A stretch of 64,000 nucleotides of DNA from Phoronis australis. Its lineage: Eukaryota > Animalia > Phoronida. The stretch spans positions 1,064,240 to 1,128,239 of the forward strand of contig NMRA01000053.1 of assembly GCA_002633005.1 (NCBI GenBank), written 5' to 3'. This document shows, piece by piece, positions 23,701 through 38,700 of this stretch (position 1 is its first letter; every line of letters begins with the position of its first letter). The notes below the pieces were generated by a model. The model searched no databases. It saw nothing but the letters and a program-made list of their open reading frames with translations, and had not been told where the DNA came from. A program made the translations under genes and the position numbers.

Positions 23701-26700
23701 GGTTAGAATCACTTGTTGTAACTCGTACATATGGCAATTTGATATGACACAAAACGTTAGTTGTGGTTATTTGAAGCAGAGTCGATGAAAGGTAACGATG
23801 GTAGTAGGGGTGCTATTGGTGCTGACCCTTATCAGAAGGCACAGGCATCTTTCCCCTCAGGTGAAAAATGTCCCTATCATGTAAATGTATTAAGGGTTTC
23901 AAAATAGTCTCCATGTTTAGAAAACGCAAGAAATGATTAAACATGAGTGGAAATTATAAACGCTTAGATTTCATATTCAAGTCTGTGAAGGTTGTTTGTT
24001 CACATCAGTTTCTGTAAAATTTTAGTGATTGGCAATTGCATAATAACTGTGTATTCATTGCCAGACGTCTCTGTTCACAGTGTGGGTGCTACAGATGGCG
24101 CCAATGGCAGTGCAGAGTCCAAAAAGGCGAAGAAGAATGATCTGTTGACTACACGGACAGGTGGTGCTTACATTCCACCAGCCAAACTGAAGATGATGCA
24201 ACAGAATATTACTGATAAGAGCAGGTTAGTTTGTGTACGAAACCACGGTAGCTCCACATGGTGGAGATAATTGTAACTAGTAGTATCTAACTACACCCCA
24301 TTTTGGTTGATACTAATTCATATCAGGCTGACGTAAGTCTGATCATCATTCTTAGAAAACCTCTTGATCACTATCAGATTGGTCTTTGATAAAAAATCAT
24401 ATAAATTGTTTTGATAGATGATAAACCTTGTTTGAAAAATCTTATCAACCATTAGACTACGTGTAAATATTAATCAACCATTATGAACTCGTATAAAAAT
24501 ATTTTTTGATCAAGTGTCATCAGTCAAAATGTCCTGAATGAGTGCCGAGCTGTGTAGTAGATTGGCTCGTTGTGTGGTAGAGTGGCTCATTGTGTGGTAG
24601 AGTGGCTCATTGTGTAGTAGAGTGGATAGTTGTGTGGTAGAGTGGATAGTTGTGTTGTAGAAAGCCTAGTCAGACTTGTATAAATGAGTTGTAGTTATGA
24701 GACTCGTTTTGCTTGTCGTCATGTTCACTTGGAATTATAGTTTTAGTTAGTATTAGAGTTGGACAGGGTATGAGTCTTTTCAGTAGAGTTGTGCAGATTG
24801 ATTAGTTTTCATTACATTTTAGTGAGGCCTATCAACGCATCTCGTGGGAGGCGTTAAAGAAAAGTATCAACGGTCTTGTGAACAAAGTGAATGTTTCCAA
24901 CATAGGTAACATCATCAGGGAGCTGTTTGCTGAGAATCTGGTTCGTGGAAGGTGAGTTGTTTTGTGGTTCAACAGGCACAAGGTGTGATGTGCATAGAAA
25001 ATAGAACTATAGGGTTCATTTAGTATTATGTGCCCTTATATATTTGTTATATGTAATTGTATATTGTTTAATTTTTGAGCCGGTCTGTAATAAATAGGTC
25101 AAGCTCCTATCATTAATGAACTAATTTGTTTAGAGCATGTTTTAAAGACGAAGGCAACCTTTTTTCATGTCATTTTTAGCAAAAATATTGTTCATTGAAT
25201 GATTATCCCAGATATTTTTCACTTAATTACTGCTTTTCGTAACTTAATTAATTATTCGTTCTCTACTCCAGAAGTGACGTTTTGGGAGGCAAGAATTTCA
25301 CGCCATTCTCTTTTCATACAGTCTCACTGTGAGAGCTGTCGAGTCAATCATTGTTCTACCTCGGTTGTGATAAGTTCGGTCGTCGTTTGCTTTCGTTTAC
25401 GAGTCAGTCAACACGCCGTACTGTTGCTAAAAATGACATGAAAAAAGGTTGCCTTTGTCTTTAAGGTTTTGAAAGAAGCACAATGGTCCCAGTGTTAAAG
25501 TTGTAGCTTCCAATACTTGGACATAGTGTCTTAGCAGATCTTTGTCATGGCAACCTTTTGTTAGTAGAATTAGTCCTGGTCATTCTGAGGAATAGAAGAG
25601 AGCTTCCTAGCTCTAAATTCAATTGCTGGTTTAAAAATTTTAGTGTATTTGAATTCTAAAGCATCTACCGTATAATGTTACAGTTAAAAGGATGCTGAAA
25701 GTTGTGTTGTTGACTGTGCCTAAAGCTGGCTCTGCCACCTGTTAATGCATCGTTTATGCCTGTTCTGGTCTTTAAAAACATTTTAGAGCTTTGAAACTAC
25801 CTCATTTTGTCTAAAAGTGGATCCGTGTGTGTTATTCGGGTTTTTCCACAGTTGTCGTGTAAGATGCCTAAAGCGTTGGCCACGTTTGACGATTTCACTC
25901 ACTTTGCAAGGAGTTTTCATACATGCTGGTGATGGAGCATTATTTAATTTTAGAGCTTTCAGCGAAAACAAGCTCATCATAGTTAATATCAACTCTGTTG
26001 ATTGGCCAATGCCAGGTTCAGTATCCTTTTAAAGTCAAATTTCTCCCCTTATGTTGTTTTAAATGTTCATGCTTAGTGTACACCTGCTATGCATCCTGGG
26101 GTTTATGATGTGACACTACTTTTGAAGCATCACATAAATGGCATGCTGTATTAAAAGTTTAACCACATGGTTCTTGATGCGTGCTTAATGTGGACATAAT
26201 GACCCAATATGGATTCTCTCTACAGGGGTTTGTTGTCTCGTTCCATCATCCAGGCTCAAGCGGCGTCGCCTACCTTCACTCACGTCTACGCTGCTCTGGT
26301 TGCTATTGTCAACACAAAGGTATGGTCTGGACTTCAGGCTGTTACACAGGCCTGATTGAAATTGATACTGGCCTGACAAGTGTACAGCATTGCATTGTTG
26401 TTTTGTGTGCTAGAGTGGCTTTCTAAAGGGTTAAGATTAAAAATATATTGTTTTGTGACCACGAATTTGTACTTTATTCTCACTCTGGTTTTTCAGTGGC
26501 AATGAAAGGGTACAAGTTCATCCAACTGTTTTTGCAATTCAAGCAGCAAACTGTGCATTAGCTATTTTTCTGCCTCCATGCCATTGATACATTTTATGTT
26601 AACGAATTGTTCAGTTAACTACATGTGAAAATAACCAGACAAAATGACCCTGGCCAGTATTATCCATCATGACGAGCAAGTGAAAACAAAATGCACATCA

Positions 26701-29700
26701 GTTTAGGTAGATCCGTTGTTATGGGGGAAAAACGGTATTTTATGGATTTTTCTGATTGGGGCAAGTATGGTACAATGCTACATATGTGTCATGTCTGAGC
26801 AGTTTGTTCCTGGTTTTCCAGTTTCCTCAAAATGGCGAGTTGGTGCTCAAGCGACTCATTCTCCAGTTCAAACGCGGGTACCGACGTAATGACAAGGCCA
26901 TCTGCCTGACGGCTACCAAGTTCCTGGGCCATCTTGTTAACCAGCAAGTGGTGAGTGTCTAAAGGCAGATATTTCTGTGTCTAGGAGTATCCTTGTGTTT
27001 GCTTGGAAAAAAGCAAATTTTAAATTATTTTCCACTTGTCAGTTATGTGTCACAAACTGGTGACATAGTTAAGTGAGAGGCCTTACATTCACGTGGATGT
27101 TCTGTTGAAAAACTGACATTCTTTCTTACTTTCTGAATAGGCTTTGAGACAGTAATATTAGCATTTATTTTGATGCTTAAAGGCAGACATTTTGCTAGAT
27201 GTTTAATGTTATAGAACATTGCATACTTCAGTTGAATTAGTGCTGAATTTGCCTTCTGTCACACAAAGTTCATCTCTGATGTGCCCATATTGTATGTGGT
27301 GGCATATTGTAGTCTCTTTGTCCAGGCGTCTGGTTGTTAGGTTGTCCGGGTGTCTGCTTGATACCTCATAAACCCCTGATAGGATTTTGATGAAATTTGG
27401 CACAATAGTGTAGGGTATCACTAGAACAGCTCATTCCACTTTTCAATCTACCACCCCCCCAACCCGTAACTCTTTCTGTATTTTTGGGGAAACAGCGTTT
27501 CCGAATGATATCTAGATAACAGATTTACGGATTTCAATGAAACTTGAGACACAGGTGTGTAATATTAATGCGTTGGCACAATTAAGTTTTTGGGCTGATT
27601 CGACTACCGTAGCACCTCCTAGTGGCCATTTTGTTCTCGACGAGGGACTTTTCAAGTGTTGTTTTGGGGAGAACAGCATTTCCGCATGCTATTTAAAGAA
27701 CTGATTGGCGGATTTCATAGAAACTTCTCACTGAGATATATTGTGAGATTATGGCGGCACCGTTTGATTTTTGGCCGGATCCGACTATTACAGTGCGGTT
27801 ATTTTGTGTGAGAGCGTTTCCTGATTATATCTAGAGAGCAGATTGACGGATTTCGATGAAACTTAACGTCAAGATGTGCGATATCAATGCGTTGGCTACA
27901 TTAAATTTTCGCGCTCCTGTAGCACTTGCTAGTGGCTCTTAGAAACATATATGCAATGCATCGTTTGCACCTGTCAACGCCCCAATGTTACTCTAACTTC
28001 TTATTTCTTTTGGTCTTGAGTAAAAACTGGTGTTACAAGTTGGTTGAGCCTCTAGGTCATTCTATGTGGTATGTGGGCAAGGTTTTGAATAACAATTAAC
28101 TCTCACTTCTTTGCAAGCATAGAATTCACTTCTAAATCTATGCAAAGAAGAAGTTGAGACCAGTTTCAGAACTGTCACTGGTCTAAATCAAATGATAAGT
28201 CTTAATTGGTAGAAGGCATTATTATCAGAAGAACCATTTATCATGATTGCAATTTTAATTGGTTTTGTGACTCAATTAAGATCGCCCATTTTCATTTTAT
28301 AAACTTTTCCTGAAACAAAATATAAAATTACGTATTGTACTTTGCTCTTCAGGCTCATGAAGTGATTGCCTTGGAAATTCTCACGTTACTCTTAGAGAAT
28401 CCCACCGATGACTCCGTCGAGATTGCTGTTGGTTTTTTGAAGGAGGTGGGCCAGAAACTGACTGATGTGTCCCCTCGTGGCATTCATGGTGGGTAGTTGT
28501 CTGTTTTTTGTGTTTCTATCACTCTTATGTTTTGCAAATTGTCTTTATGTTGGATTTTATAGAATTGAAAGTACATGTACATTTTGCTTGCCATTGAAAA
28601 AACTGTAGGGGCATTCACATCAAAACTTTGCTTACCTATTGAAGATATGATCAGTTATTTTCATGTGCTCCCCAAAAATTTCTGGTTGCATATGCTCATC
28701 ATCCCGTCCTAGGGTTGTTACATGTGTCCATTGATTATTACCAAAACTGAAGAAAGTTGTCTCGAAAATATGTAGGGGTGCATCGTTATCACTTGATTCT
28801 TTGATGGATGGAACTACTATCATGGGACATCTTGTTGATTGTTTGTTTTGGACAAGACATTCCCTGTCAATTTTTGGCAAAATGACTTGACAAATTTTTG
28901 CTGGAAGTTGATGTAGAGGTATGATTTGGGAGCGTGTTGACTTTGAAATAAGATTTGAATACCATGGCACCACCTGTTGGCCGTTCAGCTTTTGCCATTT
29001 GGTGCTTTTAGTTTTTGATGCATTTCTAATCCTGTTTTGTGTCATATTTTGTTGTCTGTCTTATATTTGCACAGTATTCCGCAGTCATTGTTATCATTGT
29101 CATTTTCAGCCATATTTGAACGTTTGCGGAATATCCTCCATGAAGCGACCATTGACCTAAGAGTCCAGTACATGATTGAAGTGATGTTTGCTGTGAGGAA
29201 AGATGGATTCAAGGTGAGGCTTATTGCATTTGATAAATGAAATTGTTTGTATCATACATGCATTTTGTAATATGTAAAATGAACACTTCCTGGAAAAATG
29301 GATGGTCTGCTGGAGGTTATTACTCTTTGTCAACAATTCGTTGTTTGGAGAATGTAGTGCTTTCAAAATGGTATTAGAAAACAGTGTAAATTGCAGCATA
29401 CAATTTGGAGAATGTAGTTCCTTCAAAGCCATATTAGAAAACACAGTATACACTGCAGCATACGATTTCAGCACACAAAACATGACTAAAAAAATATCCA
29501 CTTCTTTTTGACAACATGCTTCAATTCTGCCAAATTCGCAACGAAATCTCGACTGGTGTGGCTCCAAACTCTTCTTTAAAATCAACGACATCTTGCCTTC
29601 TGAGTCCATTTACAAATTAACAGGGGCTGACACTACAATGTCATATTAAACCCTGACTAAATATTTTCGATACTCATAATTTCTGTTCACATTCCTTGGT

Positions 29701-32700
29701 ACTGTATGTTAGAGGAGGCCGTGTGACCTAGTGTGATAAGATCCACTTGGGTTCAAGTCCCACTTTGCCACACTTTTTTATAATTTTTAGTACGAAATCT
29801 TCGATACAATGAATATACATAACCCAGAAAGCGCCAAGAGGCATTATATCTGGGTCACACTGCTAGACCCTTGAATCAGAACTCTAGCTTCAGACCTGCC
29901 AAGGAATTATAACGACTTTGCTGGAGGTTGATTGAAATTTTGCTTGAGATTGGACAAATTTGCTCAAATTTTGCTTGAGGCTCCTGGCGATATCTTCACT
30001 AACTATCAAACTTTATATGTCCTAAAATATAAGACTTAACTAGTCATATTACATTAATAAAAAAAATTTTATTTCATGAAAACGATATTACATCGTCTTT
30101 GTATTTTAAAAAGAATACTGATAATAGTGTGCACTAGGTGGCAGAGTGCTCCGCATGTCACTCGACTCATCGTCAACACCGCTAAGAATCGTATAACCAC
30201 GATATAAGCGTAGAAAACTAGGTTTTTGAAAATTTACAACCAAAAAAATCATTTTGCATGAGATAGCTTAAGGCTCGCGTGAGTGGGTGAGGCAGTGCCC
30301 AAATGTGTGAGAGTCGTGCGATGCGTGGGACTTGGCAGGACTGTAGCTTCTCAGCTTGGTTTTAATCATACATGTATAAAGAAACATAAAATGTTTCCAG
30401 GTGATCAGTGCTATTTTGAATCCATCTTCTAATATTCACATAGGATCACATTTCTGTATCGCAAGAACTAGACCTGGTGGAGGAAGACGACCAGTTCACT
30501 CACTTACTTACACTGGAGGACGTAACGGACGGAGAGGACTTGCTGAGTAAGGATACATGTCTGTAGATACTGGCAGATAATTGAGAGTAGTATTCAATTT
30601 GGAAAACGGTTGGTATACCATACCCAACTGTAGAGTGATGATTTGTGTCTGGCATAGACTACGGTGCAGTAAATTTTGTTCCACGTGTGGCGCCTGGGCG
30701 TCAAGGGACTTCTTGGGGATGGGTGCGGGCGGTTGTTGCATTAACCGCTGCTCTGGGTCACAGGCCAACCCTTGTCATCTTCCAATCAGAATGGCATGTC
30801 GTCGGCACCAATTTGGCTAATATGCATTTGTGAACTGAACTGAACTGTATTTTATCATATTGATGGAAATCATTGATTTGACTATAAATAGTAAGCAGCT
30901 AATTAAAAAATTGGGATTCTGGACGAGGTAGTCAGACTCACAGTTATCTGCATTACAATGAGGAGTTCTTCTAACCATGGCAAAGGTAGTCCTGTGGAGA
31001 CCAGGATTGAAGCAAGACATCCATGGGGCTCTTGGGATCATTTTGCATGTCTGGTACATTGGAAATGTGGACAAATATTATGGTCAATGTTTCTTCTCAA
31101 ATTTTTATCTTTAAAAATGGTGATTAAATATTCAAGAAAAGCATTTTTCAGACTTCTACTGTAGTTTTCAGAGTAAACTAAACAGTCTTCTGCAGAATTA
31201 TGTTGCACTCAGCCCTACTTGGACAGACTTCTTGCCAGAATGAATGGCAGTTTATTTGAACTTTTGTGACAATAAAATAGCATTTTTGTTGAAATGTAGT
31301 CTTAGATTAATGAGGAGTTATTGCGGCAGGTTGCTAATTGTTTATTTTTGTAAATTGACTTACAAAATAATGGCACGATTTGGATAACGTGCGTGGAAAA
31401 ACACTTGTCTACATCTTGTCAAAATTTAGCAGAATTGAAATGGATTCTATGCAAAAGGAATGGATATTTAGTACTGATTTTGCATTAAAAGTTCATTGAA
31501 TTTAGATGCTGTTTAGCATGTTTTGAAAACCACTGTATATGAGAGGGCCATTGTGTAGTGCCTGATGACTGTAGGTCTGATAATTGTATGATGCGTGTGT
31601 CACCTGAAGGCGTTGTGTAGTTTTACTAAGGTCATTATGATATAAGTACGAATTTGAGTTCTTTAAAAAGTACACTCATCCAGTGACTGCTGCACGCTGT
31701 TTGTATAAGTGCAGGCTTTCTCTCAACAGTTGTGTGGAGACTACCTACCGCAACATTATCTTGGGTTGTGTGATAGTCCTGCGTACGATAGGTCATCTGA
31801 CGAATGTATGGAGGCTTGCTGCCATTGCCTCGCTGGTATTCGATTACAAAAATTAACAATTACATGTGCGATAAGGGCTTGGGGTCGTAGCGAGCATGTT
31901 TTGATAGTTTGAGCATGTTTTTGAATATATTACAGGAGTGTGTTCTGTGGTTTTGTTGATGTTTGGCAATGTTTGTGTTTGTGTTTCAGATGTGTTCAGA
32001 AATGATCCCGAGTTCTTAGAGAACGAAGAAAAGTACAAGGATATCAAGAAGAGTAAGTGCTACTCACTATTGATTATGTCTTCTTTCCTGTAATTTCAGC
32101 CGTATATTATATCTGTGATTTCAGCTGTATATTATAACTGGTGTTTGAAGCGTCAACAAATAAGCTCATCTCATTCCTGTGGTATCGTGAACATTTTTAG
32201 TAATGTCCATGCAGAGTGAAAAAATTAAAAATTTTTCCCACCCTAACAGTTTTTGAAAGCAAACGTGTCTTCATAAATGTCAGAAATTTCGGTCATATGT
32301 TGGTACGTGTATTGATGCTCTCAAAGTATATTTCAATGTTGGCAGACATGAATAATGAGAAGGGTTGAAGCTGGTACACATGTATCAATTCAAGGCTGGT
32401 ACTCATCGGTGAGGGTTTGTGATATTTTCAGGTATCTTGGACTCAGATTCATCAGATGATGAGGGAAGTGGTTCTGGATCTGGAAGTGACAGTAGTGACT
32501 CAGATGAAGAAGAGGGTAGGATAATCATCTCTCATTGTGATTGGGATAGAATTATCAACTGCAAGCATGATGGGGGAGACACACTGGCAAATAGTTTTAC
32601 ATGTGCATTAAACATGAAAGACTCATTTGGAGTTTACTGATTTCTGGAATGTTATTAGCTATCAGCTTGTCAAACATTATTGGATGTCAAGAAATATGGA

Positions 32701-35700
32701 GTTGCCTAGACGATACCATTGGACCAAAAGTTCTCTTATTTTACGGTTTGCCTCATGAGACATTTAAGCCACAAATGGTCCGTGCAGGTAAATAGGTGAA
32801 AGAGGACTAATTTTTCATTTGCGTCATCTAGTAAACCTGCAGTGGTTCAGTACTTGTTTAAGGAACTGCTTGTGCTTAGTAGTTCCTTATGCAAATTTTT
32901 TGGCATGGTAAAATTTGATGCGATAGAATAACGTACAGTGTTTGTGTAACTCAGAAGGTGTTGCTGAATGTATATTACAAAGTTAACATATTCAGACGAA
33001 ATGATACAGAATTCCTGCCATGATGGTTGGGTGGATGCCAAATTTACCGTCAGAGTAGTCTTCACTCATGACGCACAATGAAAGTGGACTGTTCAGGGGT
33101 GTTGGCATGGTGGGGGAGCCATTTTGCAATTAGAATTTTGTCTCCATAATGGTCACTACCAGTTATTTTTGCTGTTAACAAAATAAGTCATCATGACTAA
33201 AATTGGTATTTTGTTTGATTATGCCTTGTATAGTATCTGACTGAGTCAGTGGATTAGAACTGGTCTACGATTGCGTGCATGGATATGTGTATGAAATATT
33301 CTTTAAAACTTTCTTGACTTCAGATGAGGAAGCTAAACAAGTGATCATTGACAACACTGAGACGAACCTGGTGGCATTGAGGAGAACTATTTACCTAACG
33401 ATACAGTCGAGTCTGGACTTTGAAGAGTGTGCGCATAAACTGATGAAGATGGAACTAAAACCTGGGCAAGAAGTGAGTGGTAGGGTGACTGGAAGATTTG
33501 TAGCTTGACAAGACTTAAGGCCAGTACAAACGGAGAGCTACGCACTGTGAATGAATATGAGCTCAGATTGTAGCTCACGTCTGCAGCAAAATGAACTCTG
33601 AGGTTTTGCCTCTCTAGGCGGTGAGACAGATGTTTCACTTGTTGGATTTCCTTTATATGGCATGCGTAAATCCTCACAGTGTGTGGGTGAGGTGTGTGAA
33701 ATGCCTAGCTGATTACTATCATTAGCCTAAATGTAAGTTACTGCATCTGCTGACAACTTCAAATCTCTTGCTGAATCACTGTAATCTTGTGTACTACATT
33801 TGTGCTGGTGTCGATGTAGTCAATCACAAATAGTAACAATATGATGGAGATCATATGAGGGCTGTTCCAGCAAAATCTGTATGGGAGGGGGGGAAGGCAC
33901 TTTTATTTCGTACCCACCGCCCATATTTTTCATTTATTTCTCCAACCCATGACCCATAATTTTTTAATTATTTTTAATAGGTTGAAACATAAAATCCAAC
34001 ACTTGTAAACAAATCGCCTCCAGGAGGACCTGTTAAGAACTTAGATGATTGACAGATAAGAACTAGTTGTCTTGTCCAATATTGTCAAAAACTAAAGTAG
34101 CCTGTGAGCAATACTTTTGGCAGCCACCAGGTGTCTCTGTTCACCATGTGTCTATAATTTCAACGAACATTTTTTCAATTATAAGGATCTATGAATCTCA
34201 AACTGTCTCCACGAACTCTTTNATTTGGGCCGTAAAAGTTTCCGCGTTTTTTGTCATTGGTCATTCCAAGCCCTGCAGACAAAATGATACAGAATTCCTG
34301 CCATGATGGTTGGGTGGATGCCAAATTTACCGTCAGAGTAATCTTCACTCATGACGCACAATGAAAGTGGACTGTACAGGAATTTTGGCATGACGGGGGA
34401 GCCATTTTGCAATTACAATTTTGTCTCCATAATAGTCACTACCAGTTATTTTTGATGTTAACAAAATCAGTCATACATTTGGTATTTTGTCTGATTATGC
34501 CTTGTATAGTATCCGACTGAGTCAGTGGATTAGAACTGGTCTACGATTGCGTGCATGGATATTTGTATGAAATATTCTTTAAGCTTTCTTGACTTCAGAT
34601 GAGGAAGCCAAACAAGTGATCATTGACAACACGGAGACGAACCTGGTGGCATTGAGGAGAACTATTTACCTAACGATACAGTCGAGTCTGGACTTTGAAG
34701 AGTGTGCGCATAAACTGATGAAGATGGAACTAAAACCTGGGCAAGAAGTGAGTGGTAGGGTGACTGGAAGATTTGTAGCTTGACAAGACTTAGGGGCAGT
34801 ACAAACGGAGAGCTACGCACTGTGAATGAATATGAGCTCAGATCGTAGGTCACGTCTGCAGCAAAATGAACTCTGAGGTTTTGCCTCTCCAGGCGGTGAG
34901 ACGGATGTTTCACATGTTGGATTTCCTTTATATGGCATGCGTAAATCCTCAAAGTGTGTGGGTGAGGTGTGTGAAATGCCTAGCTGATTACTATCAGTAG
35001 CCTATGTAAGTTATTGCATCTGCTGACAACTTCAAATCTCTTGCTGAATCACTGTTAATCTTGTGTACTACATTTATGCTGATGTTGATCTAGTCAATCA
35101 CAAATAATAAGAATATGATCCAGGAGATCATATGATGTAGACTTGTTGAGATGCACGTGTTGTTTGAACATGTTGAATGATTCTACTTGTTTGTTTGTTC
35201 ATAAAAAAGTTTTTACAGATTTGCTGCTGCAATAAAACAAATGCCTGTGTTTGACTCCAGGTCTCTATTACTAAGCCGGCTTAAACATGTGAAAGTTGGG
35301 GGCTCAGACTTGGTACACTTGAGGTTGCAAAGTTATGAATAATAAATTTGTAGTTTAAGTAATATAGCTTGTTCAGTGAGGCATGGAATATGTTGCAAGC
35401 AGTTTTTCCTGTTCAATCCGCCAACTTTTTGGTCACATCACGTGACTTAATGAATATACGTCCGAAAAGATTTCCCCCAGTCGGGGGAAGAAATCTTTTC
35501 TGACTTGTATTCATTAGGTCACGTGATGTGACCAAAAAATTGATGACGGATTGAATGGGATAAACTGCTTGCAAATTTGTAGTTTTAAAGTGAAACAATG
35601 ATTACAAGGACGATGTGCTCATTGCTTTTTCAGCACGAGCTTTGCAACATGATTCTTGACTGCTGCGCACAACAACGAACCTTTGAAAAGTTCTACGCTC

Positions 35701-38700
35701 TTCTTGGACAGGTATGTCATAAGGGTTCAATAAGTGGGTCCCTCTGACCACAGCCTTTAAGAAGGTCATGTCCAGGTCACTGCCTCATAGTTGCTGAATA
35801 GAGTCTGCGATTACAAAATTGTCACAGAAGCTTGCTCTGACTGGCAGACATGGACACAGCACCATGTAAATTGGCGACCACTTATAAAACTGATGACAAG
35901 TATTGTATTATACATTGAAAACTTTTGTCTCCTGCATGAATGCCATTGCAGGGTATGTTTCAAATTCTATTGAAGGTTGAAATTGATGCTTTCATAGCTA
36001 GAAAGTAAGTTTTTGATGCAAAATTTTCATTATAATATATATTTTCAGTATCGAGAAAGAAAGGACCAAATTTTCCAATAATACTAAAAGTTAATTCTTG
36101 TGTATAACTTTCAGAGGTTCTGTCAAATTGACAAGAAGTTCATCGGTCCTTACGAGCAGATATTCCAGGAACAGTACGACACCATTCACAGACTGGAAAC
36201 TGCAAAACTGAGGAATGTGGCCAAGTTCTTCGCTCATCTACTACACACAGACGCCATCTCTTGGGGGGTTAGTCAGTTACTGATGCTGTTAATGCAAGAC
36301 GAAAACAAATCATTAACTGATTGCCGACTCATACTTCTTCTGACAGCGCCCATTACCGTTGAAGATTAGTTAATACTGAAGTTTGAATTCACAATTTGCT
36401 AATCACATGATCGTCATGTACTTTTATTAAATGTATACTTGAAGCACGCCACGTAACAGGTCAATTTTTCAAGTCGAGTTGTGTTTGCTCATCACAGCCT
36501 GTGTTGATGAGGACGACGCTCCGTTAGTGTGCAAAATACCAAAAATTCAACCTCATAGATTCTTGCCATAGTTTTATGCGTTGCCAACTGTTGTTTTCTT
36601 CTATATTAAGACAGGTGGCAACAATGGCCATTGCATCATGTAATTCGTGCTACTTTCGTAAAGTCTGCTTGTAATAAAACTACACATTCAGACTCACTTT
36701 ACATTACTTGAACTTTATTAGTACGTCCGTGCAGAACTTCCCTTTTTCTATGGACTGATGATTATTTTTTTTGTTATTCCAGTGGTGAATAATTCTTAAA
36801 TTATTGCTGCTATGTTCCATCAGCATTGTCAACATTTTGAGGTTCTATAACACTTGATGTGGGTTCCCAGTGCTTTGTCACTTATAACTGCCGTAACCAG
36901 TAGTTTTATAAAATCTGAAAGCTGAAGTTGCTTCCCATTTAAACATTGGCAAAGTTTTAGAGCAAAAATTTCAAACAATTAAGCATTATTCTTTGTCTGG
37001 TTTCCTTATAGGTTCTCGTCATAACGAAGCTAGATGAATTTTGTTAAAATACATTTTATTTCTTTGAGAATATCGTGGTGCTGTACACACGTATAGTAGA
37101 GTTGTGCTTTTTATGCAACAACTTGTCCGTATCTTCTTCTAGGTTCTCCAGTGTATTAAGTTGAATGAAGATGACACTACATCCTCTAGTCGTATCTTTA
37201 TCAAGATTCTGTTCCAAGAGCTGTCTGAGTTCATGGGACTACCAAAGCTCAACACGCGACTTAAGGATGTGTGAGTTAAATTTGAGATTAAAGATTATGC
37301 GTCTGTGGAATCTGTCTGCATCGCTACCTTAAAGCTGTTTCAAACTCCCCTGCCAAACTGAATAACTTTTAGACTACTTTCCTTTTAGAGTTGGTCCCAA
37401 ATTGTTCTTGGGCTTGGGACGAACAGACTGCTAGTTGTTGGTCGAGTCCAGGCACAAGTAGTCGGCTTGATAGAGCAAGTCATTTTTGTGTGCCAAGCAG
37501 GCCTTAAACAATTACTTACATCTGTTTCTCTCAAGTCCAGAAATCATTCAAAAGTTAAAGAACAAGTTGAGGTCTGGGGCCCATTCCAAGAAAACTGACT
37601 TAGCTATTTTTATGACGAATCTTAAACTTTCTGTCAGTTTTAAGATGAAATTTAAATTTGTCTCAAGTCCGTTTAAAGAGAGAGATCTTAAGTTTGACTG
37701 AAGTTTTTGACTGAAGTTTTGTCTTAATTTTGTCTATCTTGCCGGATGTGGAAGTTTCAAAGTTTGGAAGTTGAGGCAAATCTTAGACTTAAGCCAAAAA
37801 TGAACTTAAGTCAGTTTCTTGGAACATGCCCCAGTTTTCTTACTGTATGCCTTATAGACCATTGTCTTGAGTAAAACTAAAATCATATTAATTAACTAAA
37901 TCATATTAATTAGCTAAATCATATTAACTAGCTAAATCATATTAATTCCTTTTTCAAACTGCTAAATAATTTCACCCGTTTGATAGACACACAGGGAGAA
38001 TGGGGTCCTCTTTATGCGCAAACGGGGTCCCCTTGTCAGTATTCATTTGCAAACTAATTTAAAAGGAATGTTGCTTTTGGGTTGAGCATCCTAATTCCTA
38101 TGCTATTTGATTTAACAAACTTAGGTTTTAATGTTTCCATAAAAGTGGAGAGTACTTAGCATTTCATTGTTAAAGGTTCACTTTCTCAAGACAAAAGTTC
38201 TCTTTCCATCTTTCATTTCTCTCCATAATTGAAGTAACGTTGAATTTCAGGACTCTGGCACCATTCTTTGAAGGTCTGTTTCCCAGAGATAATCCACGGA
38301 ACACACGATTTGCAATCAACTTCTTTACCTCTATCGGCCTTGGTGGTCTAACGTAAGTTTCTGTTATTCTGATTGGGTGTGAAGTAGTTGGTCATTTCAT
38401 AGTCAGTGTTACTTTCACAGAAAGGGGATGTTCTGACATGCTATTTTTTATTTGAAATGAACGATTGTTGAAGAAAATGCTTGATGCAAACCTCTATGAC
38501 CATTTGTTTAGTACACAGCCGATTGCATTTGTCGAAAGAAGTATATCAAGTTTTGTAGTAAGGAATACTCATTTTTTATAGTTCTTATTTTTATCCCTAG
38601 TTTGAAGTGGTTAGCACTAGAACTTCCAAAACAGTACAGAATGCACAGGCAATGTTTTCTTGATCATAATTGTTCATTAAGTTTAATTTGTATGAATTCA

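Noticed and set aside
33324-34747. Mutually exclusive exon pair in CWC22
   Set aside because: Identical peptide, near-identical introns and an intervening N favour an assembly haplotype artefact.
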